IMG/VR virus record: IMGVR_UViG_3300042197_003333
Coordinates: 1 to 64,000 of that record
DNA: 64,000 nucleotides
Origin: a virus
Strand: one strand, 5' to 3'
Positions within the stretch are counted from its first letter, which is position 1; each line of letters starts with the position of its first letter. The notes beneath the pieces are model-generated. The model did not search any database and had not been told where the DNA came from. It saw only the letters and a program-made list of their open reading frames with translations. Both the position numbers and the translations under genes were made by a program. Shown piece after piece: positions 47,759 to 55,918 of this stretch.

Positions 47759-49270
47759 CTAATTGGTGTCGGTAATGATATTTTTTATTTTTATTGTCTT
47801 TATTTCACCAGTAAACTTGTTTCTAACTATAATTTCAGTATCTTCACAAACACATTTTCCAACACCTGTTGAACCCAAAAATATGAATGAACCAATTGGT
47901 TTATTTGGGTCTTTAATACCCAACCTATTTCTTCTTATTGATTTTGATATTGTTGTGATTGCTTCAATTTGGCCTATAACTGATTTTGACAAATTATCTT
48001 CCATATTTATCAAATTTTCTGTATCATCAACTGATAATTTGGTAACTGGAATTTTTGTCATTATTGAAACAACATCATAAACAAGTTCAATTGAAATGTC
48101 TCTTCTTTTTGTTAATAAATCTTGTTCAAATTTGGTTCTTTCAGCATCTAATTGACTCAAAATCTTTTTTTCCCTGTCTCTTAATTGTGCTGCCATTTCA
48201 TAATTTTGCCTTTTGACAACAAGTAATTTTTCTTCCCTAATTTTTTGTGATTCTTTCTTTAATTCCTCAATAATTTCGGGATTTTTAACATCAACTTGAG
48301 CTCTTGCTCCAACTTCGTCCAAAATATCAAAAGCCTTATCAGGAAATTCTCTATCTGTTATATATCTGTCGGCCAAATCAACACATGCGTTTAAAATTTC
48401 ATCTGTAAAATTAACCTTGTGATGAATTTCGTATTTTTCTTTCAAATTTTGAAGAATTTGAAGAGTTTCTTCTTTTGTTGATGGTGAAACAATTACTTTT
48501 TGGAACCTCCTGTCAAGAGCCCCGTCTTTTTCAATATTTTTCTTAAATTCATCAAGTGTTGTTGCTCCAATGCACTGAATTTCACCTCTTGATAATGCGG
48601 GTTTTAGAATATTTGATGCGTCAAGTGAACCAGATGCGTTTCCAGCCCCAACAAGGGTATGAATTTCGTCAATAAAAAGAACTACATTTGGATTTACCGT
48701 AATTTCGTCAATTATAACCTTTAATCTTTCTTCAAATTGACCCCTATATTTTGTTCCCGCAACAATTGAATTTAAATCAAGTGATAAAATTCTTTTGTCA
48801 ACCAAATTTCTTGGGCAATCTCCTTGAAATATTTTCATTGCAAGACCCTCAACTATCGCCGTCTTTCCGCAATTATGGGAAACAACTCCATTTGATATAT
48901 ATTTTCTTTCATCGTCTAAAACTTCTAAATCATAGGTATTATTAATTCCTATTTCAGTATATTCTATAACATCAACCAATTCATTATTTTCAGTCCAAAC
49001 AAATTCACCTTCTGTAATGTTACCTAAACTTAACCAACAAGAATTATTTTCAAAAACAACATTTGGATTTAAAGAATTTTTAGAAACTTCAACCAAATGT
49101 TCGTCAGAACCTGATAATTCTAAACCATTTGATAGTTTAATTCTAATACAATTTTTATTGTTTTTTTTGTATAAATTACCAATTAATTTATATCCTGATG
49201 GTGTTTTAATTTTGTAAGTCCCACCTTTTTTTTCAACAAGGTCAAAAAAATCTTCTATTTTTATTTTCAT
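47759..49270 (-). CDS. clpC: ClpC fragment 2: IntC-1 (133 aa) plus middle extein (339 aa) plus IntN-2 (31 aa, 47854..47762)
   Basis: TYDLEV..ISNGVVSHN/CGKTAIVEGLA; AGTKYRGQFEER; LFIDEIH; UVR-like middle domain; FLGSTGVGK/CVCEDTEI. Confidence 0.9.
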   Translation of the reverse strand: MKIKIEDFFDLVEKKGGTYKIKTPSGYKLIGNLYKKNNKNCIRIKLSNGLELSGSDEHLVEVSKNSLNPNVVFENNSCWLSLGNITEGEFVWTENNELVDVIEYTEIGINNTYDLEVLDDERKYISNGVVSHNCGKTAIVEGLAMKIFQGDCPRNLVDKRILSLDLNSIVAGTKYRGQFEERLKVIIDEITVNPNVVLFIDEIHTLVGAGNASGSLDASNILKPALSRGEIQCIGATTLDEFKKNIEKDGALDRRFQKVIVSPSTKEETLQILQNLKEKYEIHHKVNFTDEILNACVDLADRYITDREFPDKAFDILDEVGARAQVDVKNPEIIEELKKESQKIREEKLLVVKRQNYEMAAQLRDREKKILSQLDAERTKFEQDLLTKRRDISIELVYDVVSIMTKIPVTKLSVDDTENLINMEDNLSKSVIGQIEAITTISKSIRRNRLGIKDPNKPIGSFIFLGSTGVGKCVCEDTEIIVRNKFTGEIKTIKIKNIITDTN

Positions 49271-50439
49271 AATACATTTAATATTTTATCATATAGTTTA
49301 GTAAAATCTGTCTCATAAATCAATTTAATTTTGTTTTCATTACAAAATAAAATTTTTTTATTCATTTTATCGTAATATTTAGATTGTTTTTCGTCTAATT
49401 TGTTAAAATTTTTTCCGTCTAAAATACCAAAATATTCAATATACACATCGTAATCAGGTAGATAAAAATCACATTTAAAATGCGAATTCGGGTACCCAAT
49501 CTCATATGAATAATTAATTTTTTTAAATTCAAATAAAAGACAAAGTTTATATTCTTTAACGCTTTTAAATCTAATCCCATTATGATATACAGGGGTACCA
49601 TATAAGCCACACTTTAACTCATAAGGAAATGATGAAAAAAAAGTTTTTTTAATTGTGTCTTTATTAGTATTGTACCTATTTGAAATGATTGAGCTATTAA
49701 TGTAAGGGATAATATCTGAAATAGTTTTAACGTCTATTTTTGTTAAAACACACAAAACAAATTTTGAAATAGAATCACAATCAATACATTCTGTTATAAT
49801 TTTTTTTGTACTATCTAAAAAAGATGTTCTTACTATTAAATCTTTTATTGGTACTTTATCAAAAGAATATGAGTTCTTTTTTTTATTAATTTCATTAATT
49901 TTATTATTTGTGTGAAGACTATTAATCCATTTTTTTTGTCTTTTTTGGAAAATTTCAACTCCTTCCTCTTCACCATATTTTTGAATACAAATTTTTTTGC
50001 TAAAAGTTTTTTGACTTTCAGAAATTAAATTTTTTGCCTCTTCAGAACTAAATCCTTTTTTTACCCAATATTCAATTCTTTTAGGGGATTTGTCATAAAA
50101 TTTTTCAGGATTTATTTTCTTTTTGTCTGAAAGAATTTTAGAATTTTTTTTCTGTTGCTCACTAATAAATTGAGTTATTTCTGATTTTTCCCATCCCATC
50201 ATAAATAAAAAGTCTTCATTATATACACTTTCAGGGTAATTAACTATTTGTCTATACCACTTCTTAATTTCCTTAAAATTAATTTGAGTCGTATTTTTAA
50301 TTTGATTATTAACTTTATCAATACAAGAGTCGGGTATTTTTTTAAAGAACTTAAAAAAATTATTATTTAAAATAAAATTTTCTAAATCAATATGATTTGA
50401 TATAGTTAATAATTTTTTTCTTTTAAAGAAAACATTCAT
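49267..50439 (-). CDS. Free-standing PD-(D/E)XK homing endonuclease splitting intein 1
   Basis: YWVKKGFSSEEAKNLISESQ, CIQKYGEEEG shared with 46492..47712; FKSVKE..KCDFYLPDYDVYIEYFG. Confidence 0.75.
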   Translation of the reverse strand: MNVFFKRKKLLTISNHIDLENFILNNNFFKFFKKIPDSCIDKVNNQIKNTTQINFKEIKKWYRQIVNYPESVYNEDFLFMMGWEKSEITQFISEQQKKNSKILSDKKKINPEKFYDKSPKRIEYWVKKGFSSEEAKNLISESQKTFSKKICIQKYGEEEGVEIFQKRQKKWINSLHTNNKINEINKKKNSYSFDKVPIKDLIVRTSFLDSTKKIITECIDCDSISKFVLCVLTKIDVKTISDIIPYINSSIISNRYNTNKDTIKKTFFSSFPYELKCGLYGTPVYHNGIRFKSVKEYKLCLLFEFKKINYSYEIGYPNSHFKCDFYLPDYDVYIEYFGILDGKNFNKLDEKQSKYYDKMNKKILFCNENKIKLIYETDFTKLYDKILNVL

Positions 50440-50478
50440 AGTTAATCAGGTTAAAGTAATTACCTTTACCTATAAATA

Positions 50479-50772
50479 TCAGATAGTTTCAATATTATGG
50501 GTATTTACAACTGAAATTTTTTCAACTTCAATAATAGTGTCCCCAAGTACGCAACCCGGCTCACCAATAATAATTGGGTTATTTTTTTTCCTTCTTGATA
50601 AAATTTGAGCGATTCTCAAAATTTCTTGTTCTCGTCCAACAACTGGGTCAAGTTTTCCTTCTTCTGCCAATTTAATTAAGTCCCTTGAAAAATTATCAAG
50701 TACAGGGGTTTGACCTTCTTGTGTTCTTTGGTTTCCACCACCTTTTTTTCCTTCGTCTGGAGTTTCTGTCAT
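50479..50772 (-). CDS. clpC: ClpC fragment 1: N-extein (73 aa) plus IntN-1 (24 aa, 50553..50482)
   Basis: [47 protein letters not shown]. Confidence 0.9.
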   Translation of the reverse strand: MTETPDEGKKGGGNQRTQEGQTPVLDNFSRDLIKLAEEGKLDPVVGREQEILRIAQILSRRKKNNPIIIGEPGCVLGDTIIEVEKISVVNTHNIETI

Positions 50773-50864
50773 AAAAATCGTTTTTAAAAATCTAAATGAT
50801 TTTTCAAATTAATTCAATAGATTATTAAAGTTGACATTTTTTATTTGTTCAATATAATTTGGTT

Positions 50865-51107
50865 ATGGCGATTACAAACGAAAAAATATCAGGAACAAAA
50901 ATTATCAATAAAGTTGAATCAAGCAATTTGGTTGAAACTGAGTATGATACTACAACAAAAAAATTAATTGTTGAATTTAAAAATGGGGTAAAATATGAAT
51001 ATGAAGACGTTCCCCATCAATTATATACAAGTTTCCGTTCATCTGAATCACAAGGTAAATTTTTTGTTTCTGAAATATCAAAAAAATTCAAATACAAAAA
51101 GTTATAA
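50865..51107 (+). CDS. KTSC-domain protein
   Basis: VESSNL..YD..LIVEFKNG..YEYEDVP..SESQGKFF. Confidence 0.85.
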   Translation: MAITNEKISGTKIINKVESSNLVETEYDTTTKKLIVEFKNGVKYEYEDVPHQLYTSFRSSESQGKFFVSEISKKFKYKKL

Positions 51108-51128
51108 TTTGTTAGATATTTATAACTT

Positions 51129-51848
51129 GTGAAGAACGATGAAATAATTAAAAGTTTTGTAACAAGAGATGAATTAAACCCAAAAGTTTGGGAAAATGAG
51201 GATACGCTCAATAAAGAAGTTAGGGAAAAACTTCTGTCTACCGCAAGTGAATTTATTGATTTTATAGGTGTTCCAATTTTAATTAGTGATATTATTTTTA
51301 CAGGGTCATTGGCTAATTATAATTGGTCAAAATACTCGGACATTGACTTACATATAGTTGCTGACTTTAATCAATTTGATGATACTGTACTTCCCTTATA
51401 TGAAGAACTTTTTAAAGTTAAAAAAACTTTATTCAATACCGACCACAACATTAAAATATTTGGATATGAGGTTGAACTTTACATTCAAGATTTACATGCC
51501 GCCCATTTTAGTAGCGGAGTGTATTCTGTATTAAATGATGAATGGAACAACAAACCAAAAAAAGAAAAAGTTGAAGTTGATAAAAATCTTATCAAACAAA
51601 AATCTAATCAGTGGATGGAAATTATTGACACTGCGCTTGAAGCAGCATCAGATGTAACGGCTGACGATGCTAAAGATATTATTAAAAAATGTAGAGAAAA
51701 ACTTAAAAAATATAGAACTTGCGGACTTGAAAAAGAAGGTGAGTATTCAGATGAAAATTTGGTTTTTAAAGTTTTAAGAAGAAATGGTTATATTGAAAAA
51801 CTTGTAAATTTTGAAAATAAAGTTGTAGATAAAGAATTATCTATATAA
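51129..51848 (+). CDS. Pol-beta-superfamily nucleotidyltransferase
   Basis: IFTGSLANYNWSKYSDIDLHIV (GS..DxD). Confidence 0.75.
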   Translation: MKNDEIIKSFVTRDELNPKVWENEDTLNKEVREKLLSTASEFIDFIGVPILISDIIFTGSLANYNWSKYSDIDLHIVADFNQFDDTVLPLYEELFKVKKTLFNTDHNIKIFGYEVELYIQDLHAAHFSSGVYSVLNDEWNNKPKKEKVEVDKNLIKQKSNQWMEIIDTALEAASDVTADDAKDIIKKCREKLKKYRTCGLEKEGEYSDENLVFKVLRRNGYIEKLVNFENKVVDKELSI

Positions 51849-51909
51849 GTTTTTTGCCGTAAATAGAAAAAACGTAATAATTAATATATTTATTGTAAAA
51901 AACTGCGCT

Positions 51910-52095
51910 ATGGCAATATTATCGTCGGGAACTTATACTTATAAAATAATAAATTTTACAGGTGCCACTAATTGTGAGGCATGTACATCAACATTGCAAC
52001 CACATCCGATTTATAGTAGTATAACAAATTCAGCTGATACAGTTGTTCAGTTGAATGCCGTAACAATCGGTGGTTTTAATGGATTAAACAATTAA
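51910..52095 (+). CDS. Small hypothetical protein
   Basis: 61-aa ORF after TATTTAT. Confidence 0.6.
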   Translation: MAILSSGTYTYKIINFTGATNCEACTSTLQPHPIYSSITNSADTVVQLNAVTIGGFNGLNN

Positions 52096-52111
52096 TAAAA
52101 AAAAATTAAAA

Positions 52112-53359
52112 ATGAGCAAACTTAAACCAATTGGTAGTGAAAAATTAAAAGGTCAAGAACAAATTAAAAGAATTCTTGAAATTGCTAAATACAAGGAACA
52201 TCTTCCTAATTCTATAAATGAATCTGCAAGAACAGATTATAATACCAAACTTGTTGATGGTAACGTTTATTTTATCGTCAAAGAAAAGATGGGTTACACA
52301 ATTAAAAAAGGGTTAAATGAGTCAACAGCTGATTATATTGAACCTATGAAAAATAGAAAATATTTTGATTCATATGCTGACGCAATGAAAAAACTTAACT
52401 TGGTTGCTCAAGAATTAAATAGAGTTAATCATATTAATGAAGGTATTTCTTTATTTACTGAAGATAAAAAGTATTTCCTTAAAACACCAAAACCTGAAAC
52501 AACAGATGAGGCGGCGCCTGAAATGGCTCCACCTCCTCCACCACCTGCTCCTTCACCTGAAGAAATGCCAGCTCCACCTGCTGAAGATGAAATGCCGTCT
52601 GAAGGTCCTGACGCTCCTGAAGGAGATATGTCACCTGAAGACTCAATGCCTGATGAACCAACTGACGAAATGCCGGATGAAGGTCCTGAGGAAGCTGATG
52701 ATGAGGTTCCAACATATAAGTCAATTCAAAAATTGACTGGCAAACTCGCTCAAAAAATTAGAGATTTTAAAGGTGGTGACGAAGAAATGACATCAAAAGA
52801 CGCAAAATATGTAATTAATTCAATTTTATCTTCAATCACAGATTTACTTGATGACGAAGATAAAGAAGACATCATAACAAAACTTGAAGATAGTGAAGGT
52901 GAAGAAGATATGAGCATGGGAATGGAAGATGAAGAAGAAATGCCAACTGATGAAATGCCGGCCGAAGAAGGTGGAGAAGAAGAAATGCCATCAGAAGAAC
53001 CAAAAGAAATGACAGAGGAAGAAATGAATGAAAAGTATGTTGAAAGAGCACTTCAAAGTATATTCAAAGAATCAACTGTAGATAAAGTTCTTTCACAATA
53101 TTTTGTTATAAATGAAAATGAAAAGAAATTTACAGAAACAAAAAAACAAAATAAAAAAACTTACTTGAAAAATAAGAAAAATTCAGACAAACAAAAAATC
53201 AGACAATTATCAGAAAGCTTAAAACAAAAAAATGTCGCAAGTGAAATTATTAGCAGTTTTCCTGAAATGAAATTTGTTGGAAAAACAAATTTAGGTAATT
53301 TAGTTTTTGAACATAACAACAAACAACTTAAAGTATCGCCAAAAGGTGAGTTGTTATGA
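52112..53359 (+). CDS. Acidic Pro/Glu-rich protein, possible head scaffold/core
   Basis: Long E/D/P/M-rich tracts; many (L/I)xE sites; upstream of terminase. Confidence 0.55.
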   Translation: MSKLKPIGSEKLKGQEQIKRILEIAKYKEHLPNSINESARTDYNTKLVDGNVYFIVKEKMGYTIKKGLNESTADYIEPMKNRKYFDSYADAMKKLNLVAQELNRVNHINEGISLFTEDKKYFLKTPKPETTDEAAPEMAPPPPPPAPSPEEMPAPPAEDEMPSEGPDAPEGDMSPEDSMPDEPTDEMPDEGPEEADDEVPTYKSIQKLTGKLAQKIRDFKGGDEEMTSKDAKYVINSILSSITDLLDDEDKEDIITKLEDSEGEEDMSMGMEDEEEMPTDEMPAEEGGEEEMPSEEPKEMTEEEMNEKYVERALQSIFKESTVDKVLSQYFVINENEKKFTETKKQNKKTYLKNKKNSDKQKIRQLSESLKQKNVASEIISSFPEMKFVGKTNLGNLVFEHNNKQLKVSPKGELL

Positions 53360-53775
53360 GTTATTTGATTTTTGTAAACGGATTAGGACCAAACTATAAA
53401 GGGAACAAGATTTACGAATTTATTTTTTCAAATAGTTTGGAAGTGTGGGGAGACGATTGGGACAGCGAACCAGCGAATTCAAACCCAACACCACCTGAAT
53501 CCGAATACATTAAAAAAGTGGGAGTTTTAAATAGAGAAGGAATTGATATGGAACTTATACAAAACTCCGATTTTTTTTCTATGAAAGATGCGGTTGATAA
53601 AGTGGTTGCACTTGGATGGGAAAAAGATAAAGACCTTGATAATAGACTTGTTTTTCATTTTGGAGACACAGAAGAAGAAGTAAAAAACAAACTATACGAA
53701 AAGGACATAATATTAGAATTTTATAAAGAATTTGAAAATGGACAGAAAAAAACAAAACTTGTTGGAAATGCGTAA
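53356..53775 (+). CDS. Hypothetical protein
   Basis: Coupled ORF in the morphogenesis operon. Confidence 0.7.
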   Translation: MSYLIFVNGLGPNYKGNKIYEFIFSNSLEVWGDDWDSEPANSNPTPPESEYIKKVGVLNREGIDMELIQNSDFFSMKDAVDKVVALGWEKDKDLDNRLVFHFGDTEEEVKNKLYEKDIILEFYKEFENGQKKTKLVGNA

Positions 53776-54568
53776 ATTGGGGTTTTCAACTCAAACAATT
53801 TCATTGCTTTCTGAATCACAAATTAAAATGATTTTGGAAAAAATTAAAAATAAGAAAAAAGAAGCGAAAGAAGCTCAAGTAACAACAACAACTACTAAAA
53901 AATATGGTAAAGATGAACCATTAAATATGACTCCGTCACAATTAGCCCAGGTTGAGCCTAAAAAAAATACAGACGGTTCAATTGAAATTACTACAACAAA
54001 AACAGAAACAACTGAAGGTAAAAAGAAAAAATACAATCCTTGGGCAGTTTGCACAGCGTCTGTAGGTAGAAAGAACAAAAAGAAATATGAAGATTGTGTA
54101 ATGGGTGTTAAGAAAAAATTAAAAGAAGGAAAAAACCCATACGAATATATTATTGAATCTAAAATTGAAGAGATTGTTGAAAACAACTTATCACCAAAAT
54201 TAAGTAAGTCAGAAATTCTTAGTATCATTGCAGAAAAAAAGATGATAAAAAAAGAAACTATGGAGGCGAATACAGAAACCGCACCAGTTAAAGCACCACC
54301 AAAAACAAATCCTGATACAAGACCATCACATCCAGGTAGAAAAGACAAAGAACAACCAAATCCAAGACCAAGAGCGGGAACTGAAACGGCGCCTGTTAAA
54401 GCTCCGCCAAAACCTAATACAAAGCCCGATACAAGACCATCACATCCAGGTAGAAAAGACAAAGAACAACCAAATCCAAGACCAAGAGCTTCAAGTTCGG
54501 AAATGGAATCCAAAAAAAGTGAAATAATAACAGCGATTTTTAATTTAATAGATAAAGAAAACAAATGA
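53738..54568 (+). CDS. Basic protein with duplicated ~37-aa repeat
   Basis: TETAPVKAPPK..PDTRPSHPGRKDKEQPNPRPRA twice; NPWAVC..YEDC. Confidence 0.75.
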   Translation: MDRKKQNLLEMRKLGFSTQTISLLSESQIKMILEKIKNKKKEAKEAQVTTTTTKKYGKDEPLNMTPSQLAQVEPKKNTDGSIEITTTKTETTEGKKKKYNPWAVCTASVGRKNKKKYEDCVMGVKKKLKEGKNPYEYIIESKIEEIVENNLSPKLSKSEILSIIAEKKMIKKETMEANTETAPVKAPPKTNPDTRPSHPGRKDKEQPNPRPRAGTETAPVKAPPKPNTKPDTRPSHPGRKDKEQPNPRPRASSSEMESKKSEIITAIFNLIDKENK

Positions 54569-55845
54569 AAAAAATAAGATTAACCGAAGCTGATTTAACG
54601 AGAGTTATTAAAAGGATTGTAAAAGAAGCTCCAATTGATTATGGAGATTATCCTGAAAGAATGGACCCAAGACTTGAAAGAAAGTTTGGAGACCCTGAAG
54701 GTATGTTTGCAAAAAATCCTGCATTTAGAAAAGGAGCTGCTGATATAGAAAGATTGGCTGGTGGAAGATTTAAAGAAATTGTAAATAGAGTTAGAAGTGC
54801 ATTTAATCAACCTAATGTAAGTTCTAATCAAGTTAGACAACAAATTATGCAACAAATGATGATGACAACTGGTCAAATTATGAGCATTGAAAGTCAACAT
54901 AACGATGAGTTAAAAGATTTAGCCTTAGAACTTGCTCTTGAAGAGACAGGAACTGACAGAGATTGGTATGAATTTGATTTGACACTTGGTCAAGCGGACT
55001 CAGGAATGGGAGAGTTTAGAATGAAACCTGAAGAAAAACCAAAATTTGAAACACCTCAATCTTTTGATATTGACGATGAAACTGATGAAGAACAATTTCA
55101 ATCTGAAGTTGATAAACGAAATATAATTAATCTTATTATACAAGGTGAGGCAAAAAAAGGACACTATTCTTTTATGAAACCATCTTATATGCAAAGATTG
55201 GCACAAATTGATTCAGAATTACCAAATTTGTATAGACAAGTAATGGCGGCAAATGACCTACTTTATTTTACTATGGAACAAATGATTGAAATGATGAGCG
55301 AAACAGGTAGTGGAGTTGCAGGAAAAATGGAACTACAAGATGCCGATGACGATGATGATGAAGGAGGTGAAGGTGAAGGTCCTGATACAAAAATTGTTGC
55401 AGCAGGTATTATATTTCCAATTCTTCTTCACGAAATTATTAAGGGGCTTGAGGAAGCTCCGGCAAGACAACAATTTTCACAAATGGACCCAGAAAGAGCA
55501 TCAAAAATTATGGGTCAAACTGATGTATTGGCGTATGAGCCAATGCAATTAAGATTGGGGCCTCCTGTTGTTGAACTTATTAAATTTTCATTACCTGATG
55601 AAATGTTTGACCCTGAAAATTCGGGACTTAATCCTTGGTTCAAAAAGGAACTTTATAAAATTCCAGCAAAAGAATTTCTTGATTTGATTGGAGACGCAAT
55701 GTCAGAAAACAAAACAGAAAAAGATAGAGCCAAAAAAAGATTTACTGAAGTAATGAGAGCGGCGCAAGCGGCAAAAAGAGAGTATGACGAATATAATTCA
55801 GGAAAAGACCAAGAAGACCTTGACGACTTTTTAGCGAGTTTATAA
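54565..55845 (+). CDS. Leader-bearing conserved phage protein
   Basis: MKKIRLTEADLTRVIKRIVKEA; FPILLHEIIKG. Confidence 0.75.
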   Translation: MKKIRLTEADLTRVIKRIVKEAPIDYGDYPERMDPRLERKFGDPEGMFAKNPAFRKGAADIERLAGGRFKEIVNRVRSAFNQPNVSSNQVRQQIMQQMMMTTGQIMSIESQHNDELKDLALELALEETGTDRDWYEFDLTLGQADSGMGEFRMKPEEKPKFETPQSFDIDDETDEEQFQSEVDKRNIINLIIQGEAKKGHYSFMKPSYMQRLAQIDSELPNLYRQVMAANDLLYFTMEQMIEMMSETGSGVAGKMELQDADDDDDEGGEGEGPDTKIVAAGIIFPILLHEIIKGLEEAPARQQFSQMDPERASKIMGQTDVLAYEPMQLRLGPPVVELIKFSLPDEMFDPENSGLNPWFKKELYKIPAKEFLDLIGDAMSENKTEKDRAKKRFTEVMRAAQAAKREYDEYNSGKDQEDLDDFLASL

Positions 55846-55918
55846 AATATAAAAATAACTTTTTTGTAAACCCCCTCCACCAAAAGGGGGTTTTTTCATA
55901 TTTATTAAAAAAAGTTTA

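Noticed and set aside
45237-50772. clpC as a decayed pseudogene or as interrupted by self-splicing RNA introns
   Set aside because: Breaks fall exactly at intein motifs (Cys1; His-Asn plus Cys/Thr), catalytic motifs are intact, and gaps between ORFs are under 50 nt, too short for intron cores
53875-54564. 229-aa hydrophobic minus-strand ORF, and similar shadows at 14015..14248, 14041..14313, 40900..41184, 52437..52736
   Set aside because: Fully overlap better-supported genes; composition is explained by the opposite strand or shifted frame of low-complexity coding
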